Positions 36,002-44,726 are shown, counted from the stretch's first letter. The stretch: 64,000 nt of DNA from Candidatus Aminicenantales bacterium (GCA_049515535.1 JBEKTZ010000003.1:186001-250000); one strand, 5' to 3'. The notes: a model not told the origin generated them from the letters alone. A program made the numbers and translations.

Positions 36002-38707
36002 ATGCCTATGCCCGCATTAAGATCGTTTTGGAATCATCGCGCGGTCGTGTTGGTTTTATCCGCGGCGCTTGTCATCGTTTCCGTGGGAATGGAGCCCGCG
36101 CAGGCGGCGAACAAAGATTCTTCGAAACTCGTCTATACGTCGCAAGAGCTTTACCGGCTCGGCAGACCGCGCGTCTTCGAAGGCCAGGCCCTCAAGGAAA
36201 TCGCCTTTCCGCTCGGCGGCATCGGCACGGGCACCGTCTCTCTTGGCGGGCGGGGAAATCTCCGCGACTGGGAGATCTTCAACCGGCCGGGCAAAGGCGT
36301 CAACCTGCCGTTCACGTTCTTCGCCCTCCATTTCGAGCAGGAAGGCCGGAAGCCCTTGGTCCGGGTGCTCGAAGGCGCCTTGACGCCGCCGTTCACGGGC
36401 GCGGACGGGTATCGCAAGGGCGACGTGCCCGGGCTGCCGCGAATGGAAAAAGCGCGCTTTCACGGCGAATATCCGTTCGCCTGGATCGACATGGAGGACA
36501 GCGACCTTCCGCTCCATGTCACGATGGAGGCTTTCAACCCCTTCATCCCGCTCAACCCCGAGGAATCCGGGATCCCGGCGTGTGTCATCCGGTTCCGCAT
36601 CAAAAACCTCAGCCGCCTGCCGGCCAAGATCACCGTGGCCGGCTCGATCCTGAATCCGATCGGATTCGAAGGCGGCATCGAGGGCGTCGACCACGAGAAA
36701 TTCGGCCAAAACCTGAACGAGATCCGCAAGGGTCAGGCCCTCTCCGGCCTGTTCATGTCCTCGCGGAAAGTGAAGCCGGACGCGGCCGCGTTCGGGACGA
36801 TGGCCCTGGCCACGCCGTGGAAGAACATCACGTATCTCTCCCATTGGGTGCGCGGGGATTGGTGGGACGATCTCCAGATTTTCTGGGACGATTTCGCCGC
36901 CGACGGCCGATTGAAGAACCTCGAAGACAAGGACCCTTCACCCGACCGGCGGACCGACATCGGGACGCTGGGCCTCGAAGCGACCATCGAGCCGTTCGGC
37001 GAGGTCACGCTCCCGTTCTTCCTGTCCTGGAACTTTCCAAACTTCATGGACTACTTCGACATTGTCCGGGAGCAGCGGGGGCAGATGTTCCGGAACCATT
37101 ACGCGGAACGCTTCGCCGACGCCTGGCAATCAGCGGAATATCTTTTTCAGAACCTCCCCCGGCTCGAAAGAGACAGCCGGCTGTTCCACGAGACATTTTT
37201 CTCTTCGACCCTTCCGCCGTATGTCCTCGACGCCGTCTCCAGCCAGGCCTCGATCACCCGGACCATGACCTGTTTCTGGCTGGCCGGGGGGAAATTTTTC
37301 GCCTTCGAGGGCTGCAACGACAAGAGCGGCTGCTGCCCGCTCAACTGCGGCCATGTCTGGAACTACGAGCAGTCGATGGCCTTCCTCTTCCCGAGTCTCG
37401 AGCGGTTCATGCGGGAGGTGGATTTTCTGAACAACACCAAGGACAACGGCGAAATGGTCTTCCGCACGGCCCTTCCGCTCGGAAGCGGCGTGCTCTGGAA
37501 GTTCCGGCCTGCCGCGGACGGAACGTTGGGGAAAATCATCAATCTCTACCGCGACTGGCAGTTGTCGGGCGATATGGAATTCCTGAAGAAGATATGGCCC
37601 AAGGCCAAGAAAGCCCTGGAATACACGTGGCTCTCCTGGGACGCGGACAAGGACGGCCTGATCGAGGGCGAGCAGCACAATACCTATGACATCGAGTTTT
37701 ACGGGCCGAACAGCATGATCGGAACGTTTTATCTGGGCGCGCTCCTGGCCGGGTCGAAGATGGCCGACGCCGTCGGCGACGCGGAAGCCGCGAACGAGTA
37801 CCGGGACATCTTCGAGAAAGGCAAGGCGAAGTTCAACGGCCTTCTGTGGAACGGCGAGTATTATGTCCAAAAGTACGACCAGGTCATGGAAAAGAAATAT
37901 CAATACGGCGACGGCTGCCTGTCCGACCAGATGCTCGGCCAATGGCTGTCGATGGTCGCCGGGCTGGGCCGGTTCCTTCCGGAGGACCGCCTGAAAACGA
38001 CGCTGGGCTCGATCTTCAAGTACAATTTCATGCCCGATTTCCGGAATTTCTCGAACGCCCAGCGCTCGTATGCCCTGAACGACGAGCGGGGCCTTTTGCT
38101 CTGCACCTGGCCCAAGGGCGGGCGGCCGCCGCTGCCGTTCGTCTACTCGGACGAGGTCTGGACCGGCATCGAATACCACGTCGCTTCGCACCTGATGTAC
38201 GAGGGCCTCGTCGACGAAGGCTTGACCGTCGTTAAAGCCGTCCGCGACCGGTATGACGGCCGGAAGCGCAACCCGTGGGACGAGATCGAATGCGGCCATC
38301 ACTACGCGCGCGCCATGTCGTCGTGGGGCGTCCTTCTCGCTCTCTCCGGCTATTCCTATTCCGGCACGGCCATGAGCCTCGAGTTTGCGCCGAAGATCTA
38401 TCCGGACAATTTCCGGACGTTCTGGAGCGCGGGAAGCGGCTGGGGCGGCTACGCGCAGAAAGAAGAGAAGGGGAAAGCCGAGAAAATCGAGCTGACGGTC
38501 GCGTCGGGAGAACTAGCGCTTCGGGAATTCTGTTTCATGCCGACGCCCACGCTCCAGGCGAAAAAGCTCGTCGCGCTGGCGGGAGAGGCCGGGGGCAAAC
38601 CCTTCAAGCCCTCGTTCAAACAGGAGGGGAGCAAGATCAAGGTGACCTGGGCCAAGCCGCTCGTTCTCAGGGCCGGCGAGAAGCTCGTCTTCGAAGCGGG
38701 GTTCTGA
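36002..38707 (+). CDS. Glycoside hydrolase family 116
   Basis: PLGGIGTG, WEIFN, FEGC, HNTYD, YSDEVWTG, ECGHHYARAM. Confidence 0.92.
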   Translation: MPMPALRSFWNHRAVVLVLSAALVIVSVGMEPAQAANKDSSKLVYTSQELYRLGRPRVFEGQALKEIAFPLGGIGTGTVSLGGRGNLRDWEIFNRPGKGVNLPFTFFALHFEQEGRKPLVRVLEGALTPPFTGADGYRKGDVPGLPRMEKARFHGEYPFAWIDMEDSDLPLHVTMEAFNPFIPLNPEESGIPACVIRFRIKNLSRLPAKITVAGSILNPIGFEGGIEGVDHEKFGQNLNEIRKGQALSGLFMSSRKVKPDAAAFGTMALATPWKNITYLSHWVRGDWWDDLQIFWDDFAADGRLKNLEDKDPSPDRRTDIGTLGLEATIEPFGEVTLPFFLSWNFPNFMDYFDIVREQRGQMFRNHYAERFADAWQSAEYLFQNLPRLERDSRLFHETFFSSTLPPYVLDAVSSQASITRTMTCFWLAGGKFFAFEGCNDKSGCCPLNCGHVWNYEQSMAFLFPSLERFMREVDFLNNTKDNGEMVFRTALPLGSGVLWKFRPAADGTLGKIINLYRDWQLSGDMEFLKKIWPKAKKALEYTWLSWDADKDGLIEGEQHNTYDIEFYGPNSMIGTFYLGALLAGSKMADAVGDAEAANEYRDIFEKGKAKFNGLLWNGEYYVQKYDQVMEKKYQYGDGCLSDQMLGQWLSMVAGLGRFLPEDRLKTTLGSIFKYNFMPDFRNFSNAQRSYALNDERGLLLCTWPKGGRPPLPFVYSDEVWTGIEYHVASHLMYEGLVDEGLTVVKAVRDRYDGRKRNPWDEIECGHHYARAMSSWGVLLALSGYSYSGTAMSLEFAPKIYPDNFRTFWSAGSGWGGYAQKEEKGKAEKIELTVASGELALREFCFMPTPTLQAKKLVALAGEAGGKPFKPSFKQEGSKIKVTWAKPLVLRAGEKLVFEAGF

Positions 38708-38816
38708 GGCCGGTTGCTTCGATGCGAAAGGATGCCTTCTGATGCCGTGATATCCGGTGACAGACACGCCTATGGCGGTGTGAGTCGCCGGCGCGGGGCC
38801 GGGCGAACGAGAAATC

Positions 38817-39533
38817 TCAGAAGTTGACGGACAGCCCGAAGGTGAACATCGTCGTGTATTTCGTGCTTTGGGTGGCGCTGCCGTAGTAGTTCCAAGTGTC
38901 GTCGCTGTACAGGTAATTGCTGTACTCGGTGACCAGGTCGCCGGCGATGAGCCGCAGCTCGCCGAACAATGAAACGTAGCGGATCGGAGTCAGGCGGACC
39001 CCTCCGCCGAAGCTGTAATCGAACTTCGAAATGGATTTGGCCCCGTTCCATTGGGGGAAGTCCGATCCCGAAAGCGTGTAGGACTCCGTTCCCGATCCCA
39101 ATCCCAGGTAGCCGTAAACCCCGAAAAGTCCGGACTCCACCGGATACCAGCTCAACATAAGGTCGAGGAAGATGAAGCTCAACTTCGGGTCGGTATATTT
39201 CACATTCGGGCCGAAGGTCATACCGGGCATTTCAGGTGCGGAGAAGTTCGGGAACGCGCCTCCGGCATAGATCAGCCGAGCTCCCGCGCCGAAAGACGCC
39301 CAGGCGAAATCATAGCCGGCGAAAAACCCCATGCTTCCGGCGGTCGCGGAGATGGACAATTCCTCGCCTTCCCCGGGATAATGAAAGAGCGGACCTCCCA
39401 TCGAATGATAAAATCCACCGAGATAAAAACCCCGATGAGGGCCGTTCGCGGACGCCTTTTCTTCCGCCCCGAATACGGGCGAGGCGGCGACACACAAAAT
39501 CCCGATCCCAATGAATATTATGATTTTTTTCAT
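38817..39533 (-). CDS. Outer-membrane beta-barrel protein
   Basis: Signal peptide, alternating beta strands, terminal GLSVNF. Confidence 0.75.
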   Translation of the reverse strand: MKKIIIFIGIGILCVAASPVFGAEEKASANGPHRGFYLGGFYHSMGGPLFHYPGEGEELSISATAGSMGFFAGYDFAWASFGAGARLIYAGGAFPNFSAPEMPGMTFGPNVKYTDPKLSFIFLDLMLSWYPVESGLFGVYGYLGLGSGTESYTLSGSDFPQWNGAKSISKFDYSFGGGVRLTPIRYVSLFGELRLIAGDLVTEYSNYLYSDDTWNYYGSATQSTKYTTMFTFGLSVNF

Positions 39534-39611
39534 CTTGATCTCACTATATTCAACAGCAAAATGAAAAGCAAACCCATTTTCGAAGGACGATCGACGCGGT
39601 CGGGAGCCCGC

Positions 39612-40346
39612 TCATAACTTAATAAATTCGCCGATCCTCTTGTCCTGGCGGATGGCCTCGAATTCCTTGTCGTTGAGAATTCTCCCCCAGTCCTTGAATC
39701 CGAACGTTCGCGCCCTGGACAAATAAGAGGCTGCCTGATCGACATTCCCGGCAGCGGCGAAGGCTTTGGCATAATCGAACATCATTTCGCCCGGCATTTT
39801 CGAGGAGAGATTGGCGATCATGGCCCCGTTTCGCTCCAAATACGAAGGGTCCAATTCCACGGCTTGAATCAAATGCTGCACCCCTTCCTCCTCCTGACCC
39901 TGCAGGAGAAGAACGTTGCCCAGGCCGAAATGGGCGGACACGTTTTTCGGGTCCAAGGCCAGAGCCTTGGAATACATGGCGGCCGCTTCATCAAACTTTT
40001 GGAGGAATAAGCAAGCGCCGCCGAGATTATTGTAGGCGCTGGCAAAGGATCCGTCGAGTTCGATCGCTTTGTTGAACTGTTCGGCCGCTTTGGCGAAATC
40101 ATTTTGCTTGAAATACGCCATGCCCAGGTAATTGCGCGGCTTGGCCGAAGCGGGCTCTGCGGCGCAGGCTTTGGTGAATTCGTCGATGGCTTTGCCGGTT
40201 TCGCCGTTTTCTAGAAACATCATGCCCCGGCCCATCAGAGCTTTGAATGCTCCGGGCCCCATCGGAATCGTGCCCACCGACTGCGTCGCGCAGGAAATAG
40301 CCAGCCAACAAAAGGCGATGACGATAACCGAAGAATAGGTTTTCAT
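39612..40346 (-). CDS. TPR-repeat lipoprotein
   Basis: Lipobox-like LAISC; TPR motifs AYNNLG and AHFGLG. Confidence 0.8.
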   Translation of the reverse strand: MKTYSSVIVIAFCWLAISCATQSVGTIPMGPGAFKALMGRGMMFLENGETGKAIDEFTKACAAEPASAKPRNYLGMAYFKQNDFAKAAEQFNKAIELDGSFASAYNNLGGACLFLQKFDEAAAMYSKALALDPKNVSAHFGLGNVLLLQGQEEEGVQHLIQAVELDPSYLERNGAMIANLSSKMPGEMMFDYAKAFAAAGNVDQAASYLSRARTFGFKDWGRILNDKEFEAIRQDKRIGEFIKL

Positions 40347-40388
40347 TCCTTGACCTCCTTATGCCGAGACAATCGGCCGCGTGCCGCC

Positions 40389-40420
40389 TCAACGGCGGCC
40401 CGCTCCTCGGCCGCCGTGGA
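40389..40420. repeat. Intergenic palindrome whose arms match the target and left end of the dispersed element
   Basis: tcaacggcggcc-cgctcctc-ggccgccgtgga. Confidence 0.55.
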
Positions 40421-40446
40421 AAGTGTAGACGCGACTCCAATCTTTA

Positions 40447-41397
40447 CTAATGCCAATCCGGAAAGACGTCGTGGGCGCCGCTCGAGAAAAGCGGCTTGAT
40501 TTTTTTTGAGGCGACGTCCACGAGAGAAAGCGACCATTGTCCCTGGTAGGGATAATGCTCGGTGCCCGAGGCGAACACAATAGTCCGGCCGTCGGCCGAC
40601 CAGGAAGGGTAGTAATCGAAGGTGTCGGGCAGGTCGGTCAGCCTGTCCTGGCCGCTCCCGTCCGGATTCATAATCCAAATATCCCCTTTCCCGTCGGCCT
40701 GCGACGAGACAAAGGTGATTTTTCGACCATCGGGCGAAAAGTGGGGCCGGCAGGCGTTCCCGCCCCGGGTGACTTGCGTTATGGTCTTGGACTTGAGGTC
40801 ATAGACAAACACGTCCCAACCGAGAAGCTTCTTCCCGGTGAAGGCCAGGAGCGGCGCCGCGGGAGAAAACTCCGGGAGCCCGCTGGAATCCGAAAATTCC
40901 GGAATAAGCCGTTCGAGCATCTGCGTCTCCAGGTCGATGCTCCACAGGGTATAGCTCCTGTCCAAGCCCGTGCGGCGCTGCTCGGTGAAGGCGATGCGCT
41001 TCCCGTCGGGAAACCAGGCCTGCTCGATGGCGTCGTGCTCGGCGCGCGTAACCTGCCGGACATCGGAGCCGTCAGCGTTCATAACAAAAATCTGATACCG
41101 CCCGCCCGGGTTGGCGGAGAAGGCGATGCGTTTCCCGTCGGGGGACCATTTCGGAAATTCGCTGCTCCAGGACGCGTCCGTGAGTTTTCGCAGCCGGTCC
41201 GAGGTGAGGACGTAGATTTCGTTGTTGCCGTCCATGTCGGATTGAAAAACGATTTCCCCGCGGAACTCGCTCGCGGCCCGAAGGGCAGCGAGGTCGATGT
41301 TTCGAGGCGTTTCCGTCTGTGAGGCGGATTTCCGGCCGCAGGCCAGGCTGAGGATGACAACCGCGCCCGCCAGGCAAATCAGCGCGTTTTTTCTCAT
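40447..41397 (-). CDS. TolB-like WD40/PD40 beta-propeller lipoprotein
   Basis: LSLAC lipobox; repeated WSPDGKRIAF-type motifs. Confidence 0.85.
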   Translation of the reverse strand: MRKNALICLAGAVVILSLACGRKSASQTETPRNIDLAALRAASEFRGEIVFQSDMDGNNEIYVLTSDRLRKLTDASWSSEFPKWSPDGKRIAFSANPGGRYQIFVMNADGSDVRQVTRAEHDAIEQAWFPDGKRIAFTEQRRTGLDRSYTLWSIDLETQMLERLIPEFSDSSGLPEFSPAAPLLAFTGKKLLGWDVFVYDLKSKTITQVTRGGNACRPHFSPDGRKITFVSSQADGKGDIWIMNPDGSGQDRLTDLPDTFDYYPSWSADGRTIVFASGTEHYPYQGQWSLSLVDVASKKIKPLFSSGAHDVFPDWH

Positions 41398-41425
41398 GTT
41401 ATTATTATGAGCGTTCATCCGCGCC

Positions 41426-41454
41426 TTGACAAGCGGTCAATGGTCACATATAGA
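41426..41454 (+). promoter_or_regulatory. sigma70 promoter
   Basis: TTGACA-17 nt-TATAGA; small inverted repeat ttgac-N5-gtcaa over the -35. Confidence 0.55.
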
Positions 41455-41475
41455 ACAAAGTGTGGCTCGTCCGCG

Positions 41476-42444
41476 ATGAACAAACGGATCATCCGAATCG
41501 CGCTGGCCCTGCTCGTGACGGGGGCAATCCTTTTTGTATTCTTTCGAAAAACCGGCTGGGGAGAAATCCGGGAGGCGTTCGCCTCTATCCCCTTGGGGGC
41601 GGTCGGCCTGTACATGGCCATTTCTCTCCTGGGGGCGGCCGTGCGGTCCGTCCGCTACCGCGTTCTGCTTTCCGGCCGCATCGGCCGGGGCGAGCTTTTT
41701 TTAGTTACTTTAGTCCAGAATTTTTCGGTCGACCTTCTGCCGGCCCGCTCGGCCTCCCTGGTTTTCTACACTTATCTCACCCGCCGGCGGGGCATCCTTC
41801 TCGAAGAGGGGGCCTCGAGCTTCGTGATCGCCGTCTTTTACGACGCCCTGGCCTTAGGCCTGATGCTGGGAGCCGCCGCTTTCGTTCTCATCAAATCGCT
41901 GGGCGCGGATGTCCCCGCGGCGTCGATCGCCTGGGGGTTGGTCGTGATCGTGGCCGTTTCTTTACTGGTCATCATCCTGGCCAAGCCCTTGGCGGGCTGG
42001 GCCAGGAAAATTTCCCGGAGGATGCAGCTTGTTAAAATCGCGGCCGCTTTCGCGACCGTCGAGGATTATTTTTCAAGGCACGGGGCGGCCGGCGAAAAGG
42101 TCAAGCTGCTCGGCCTGAGTTTTATAATCAAGCTGGTCAAATACGTTTCGTTGTATGTCCTCTTCGTCGGCATATCGGGCGCGATCGTCTCCCCGCGGTC
42201 TCTGTCCTTGTTCAGTTTCGGCGTCGCCGGAGCCGAGCTCTCGTCCTTCCTTCCGATCCAGGGATTGGCTGGCCTGGGAACTTGGGAGGCGGCCTTCGCC
42301 CTGGTCGCGGGAAAAATCGGCCTAGCGCTCAAAAGCCCGTTCCTGACGGCACTGGTTATACACCTGGTCACCCAGGTGTGGGAGTACGGGCTGGGCCTCG
42401 GCGCCCTGTGGATCCTGTCCGTCCGGGCCCGCGGCCAGGAATAG
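41476..42444 (+). CDS. Lysylphosphatidylglycerol synthase TM-domain (YbhN/AglD2 flippase-like) protein
   Basis: RSVRYRVLL, LLPAR, LPIQGLAGLGTWEA; multiple TM segments. Confidence 0.8.
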   Translation: MNKRIIRIALALLVTGAILFVFFRKTGWGEIREAFASIPLGAVGLYMAISLLGAAVRSVRYRVLLSGRIGRGELFLVTLVQNFSVDLLPARSASLVFYTYLTRRRGILLEEGASSFVIAVFYDALALGLMLGAAAFVLIKSLGADVPAASIAWGLVVIVAVSLLVIILAKPLAGWARKISRRMQLVKIAAAFATVEDYFSRHGAAGEKVKLLGLSFIIKLVKYVSLYVLFVGISGAIVSPRSLSLFSFGVAGAELSSFLPIQGLAGLGTWEAAFALVAGKIGLALKSPFLTALVIHLVTQVWEYGLGLGALWILSVRARGQE

Positions 42445-42466
42445 CCGGCGGAGCACTTATTTCAAC

Positions 42467-42568
42467 GGCGGCCGGGGCCCCGGGCTTTACCCGGGGGTCC
42501 ACTTCCGCCGTACTCGCCCGTGGATATAAGCCACGGGCGAGCGGCGAGCCGAAGGCTCGTCCCTTGAC
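42467..42568 (+). mobile_element. Dispersed palindromic element, long form (102 bp), copy E
   Basis: Three hairpins; removal restores ...AMLATVVLK* on the minus strand. Confidence 0.85.
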
Positions 42569-42681
42569 ACAACGGTCGCCAGCATCGCCTTGATTTCGGG
42601 GTTGTCCTTGGCGCCGACGCCTTCGATCGTTATCGTGATCTTGGTGCCGTTGCGGAAGGCCACGTGCATGGTCTGCTGCAT
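42569..42681 (-). pseudogene. C-terminal remnant of an unknown gene between hgcB and copy E
   Basis: Host-like codon usage, TKITITIEGVGAKDNPEIKAMLATVV; upstream replaced by an AT-rich junction. Confidence 0.55.
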
Positions 42682-42765
42682 GTTTAATAGATTAGAGCTT
42701 TCTGAATTTCGGGATTGCGTTGTCTGTCACCAAAATATTGAAGCTCGAGATTCCGATTCGATAAT

Positions 42766-43044
42766 TCAGCCGCAGCTCGGGGCGCTCTTGCCCCGGAGCG
42801 TGCTCATCATGATCGCCCAGGCGCAGCCCACGCCGGGGCGGACTCGGATGGCGTCGAACGGGCAGTTGCGCATACAGGCTCCGCATTCCATGCACAGATC
42901 GCGATCGATGAGCCGGGCCTTTTCGCTCCCTTCTTCCATGGCGAACACGGCGTGCGGGCAGACGTCCACGCATATCCCGCAGCCGCGGCATTTATCCGGA
43001 TCGTATTCGAGCGTGACGACGTTGGGAAGATAACGCAGGGACAT
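42766..43044 (-). CDS. hgcB: Mercury methylation ferredoxin HgcB
   Basis: Two CxxCxxCxxxCP motifs including CMECGAC; GVGCA; directly downstream of hgcA. Confidence 0.93.
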   Translation of the reverse strand: MSLRYLPNVVTLEYDPDKCRGCGICVDVCPHAVFAMEEGSEKARLIDRDLCMECGACMRNCPFDAIRVRPGVGCAWAIMMSTLRGKSAPSCG

Positions 43045-43057
43045 TGGTGGACTCCTT

Positions 43058-44224
43058 TCAACCTTTGAGGACGGCGGAGACGATCAGGGCGGCGGCGCCG
43101 AGAACGGACGAGACCAGGATAAGCGGGACCGCTTTCCTCATTTCCTTGACGACGCCCGAAAGCGAGGTGATGGGGCTCGACCCCGTGAAATTCATGGCCA
43201 GGAAGGCCGAGAGCGCGGGCAGGATGAGAATATAAGAGAGCGAGCCGGCCCAGCCCGCCGGCGATACGGGCAGGCCGTGGATCGCGAGGATGGCAGCCGT
43301 CCAAACGAGGCCGAGGAGCCAGCCTTTCCAGGCGAAAGCGCGGCCGGGGATCCAGGGGAGAAGCACGGGAACGGCCACAGCCCCGACGATGACGGATCCG
43401 AGGATCGCCGGAAAATCGACGGAAAACAACCGCAGGCCGAATAAGCCCGGGATCCAAAGAGCGAAGACGGCGAGAAACGCCCAGTGTTTGAAAACGGTGA
43501 CGAGCTCGACGGGCGTCAGAACGAGCCGGTCCTTGAATCCGAATCGCGCCAGTCTCATGGCTGGCGTCGTTTTCATTCCGGCGCGCATGAAGGCCGGAAT
43601 ATCCTCGGCCCGGTTCGGTCCGTAGGCGATGTGGAATTTGGCGCGCTTGGTGACTTCGTGGGCGGCGACGCCGGGCGCGCCGAGCTGGGGGAGGATGAGC
43701 CGGCGGTGAGAGACGACCTTGTCGAGGCCGGAGCTCTCGATCCGGCGAACGAGTTCGTCCGTGCCGAAGGTCCCTTTGCCGGCGGCGCACCAGACGTTGA
43801 TCCCGCGCGTGTCGAGGACGAGGATCCAGCCGTCGCTGCCGTCCAACGCCCGCCGGACGCGATCGAAGCTCATCTTGAAATTGGCCGTGACGAAAACGGG
43901 GGATGCGGCGTCAGGACGGCCGACCCCGTAGAGCCCCGGCGGAACGGTGTACGTCATGCGGCCGAGGCCCAGCCGGACCCGCCACGTTCCGGCGCGATCG
44001 GCGAAGCTCAATCGCCCGGATACGAGAGGAACGTCGCCGGCGGGAGTGCTCGTCCGCCCCGTCATCCAAGGAAAGTTCGCGCTGCGGTCCGTTGAACCGT
44101 CGTCGCAGGTTAAGGGCTGCTGCGATCCGCAGCATGTTTCGTCGCAGGCGCACGAAACGCTCTCGGGGTCCTTGAGAAACCGATCGAATATTTTGGTTAC
44201 GGCTTCTCTCCTTCCCCGCAGCAA
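43058..44224 (-). CDS. hgcA: Mercury methylation corrinoid protein HgcA (start uncertain)
   Basis: Cap-helix GINVWCAAGKG, VTANFKMSFD, LPQLGAPGV, C-terminal TM helices with MNFTGSS...EM. Confidence 0.95.
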   Translation of the reverse strand: MLRGRREAVTKIFDRFLKDPESVSCACDETCCGSQQPLTCDDGSTDRSANFPWMTGRTSTPAGDVPLVSGRLSFADRAGTWRVRLGLGRMTYTVPPGLYGVGRPDAASPVFVTANFKMSFDRVRRALDGSDGWILVLDTRGINVWCAAGKGTFGTDELVRRIESSGLDKVVSHRRLILPQLGAPGVAAHEVTKRAKFHIAYGPNRAEDIPAFMRAGMKTTPAMRLARFGFKDRLVLTPVELVTVFKHWAFLAVFALWIPGLFGLRLFSVDFPAILGSVIVGAVAVPVLLPWIPGRAFAWKGWLLGLVWTAAILAIHGLPVSPAGWAGSLSYILILPALSAFLAMNFTGSSPITSLSGVVKEMRKAVPLILVSSVLGAAALIVSAVLKG

Positions 44225-44679
44225 CCTCCAGTTTCTTTGAGCTTCAGGACCGCGTCGGCGAACGCGCCGATACTCTCCCGAATGGTTTCTTGTTTTTCGG
44301 CCGGCAAAAGATCGAGGACGCGGGCGATGTAGCTATTGTATCGGCTTTCGATCTCGACGAAGACCTTGCGGCCTTGTTCAGTGAGCGAGATGTCGATATA
44401 GCGACGGTCCTTTTCGTTCGGCTGCCGGTTCACCAGACCGAGAATGACGAGTCCTTGGATCGTCCGACTCAGCGTGCTCGTGTCCAGGCCGAGGGCCGCT
44501 GCCAGGTCCACGAGCGCAACACTTCCCCTGCTGCCGATCTCCAGCAATGTATGGCACTGGGCGGTTGTCAGGCCGCAACAGTCCTCGCGCTCCTCGAATA
44601 CGCCGCCCGATTCACGCTCGATAACCCTTAATTTTTCCCGGATAAATTTGATTTTTTCGATGTTCATTGTAATTTCCAT
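44197..44679 (-). CDS. MarR-family regulator with vicinal Cys pairs
   Basis: wHTH LDTSTLSRTIQGL...DRR...LTEQG; CCGLTTAQCH and C-terminal GGCCG. Confidence 0.9.
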   Translation of the reverse strand: MEITMNIEKIKFIREKLRVIERESGGVFEEREDCCGLTTAQCHTLLEIGSRGSVALVDLAAALGLDTSTLSRTIQGLVILGLVNRQPNEKDRRYIDISLTEQGRKVFVEIESRYNSYIARVLDLLPAEKQETIRESIGAFADAVLKLKETGGCCGEGEKP

Positions 44680-44695
44680 TAATGTTAGATAATAA

Positions 44696-44726
44696 TAATT
44701 GTAAATAGCAACAATTACATTGTCAA
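44696..44726 (-). promoter_or_regulatory. sigma70 promoter of marR-hgcAB with overlapping palindromic operator
   Basis: TTGACA-17 nt-TACAAT on the minus strand; taattgt-N8-acaatta at 44696-44717. Confidence 0.8.

Noticed and set aside
38708..38816. GATGC x3 at 10-nt period and an imperfect hairpin
   Set aside because: Too short; compatible with an ordinary terminator region between convergent genes.
5504..42568. Dispersed repeats as a CRISPR array or simple terminators
   Set aside because: They are not tandem, have no spacers or cas genes, lack U-tracts, and two copies lie in 5' leaders.
43058..44224. CdhE/AcsC (CFeSP) assignment
   Set aside because: The NVWCAAGK motif, TM domain and adjacent hgcB identify HgcA.
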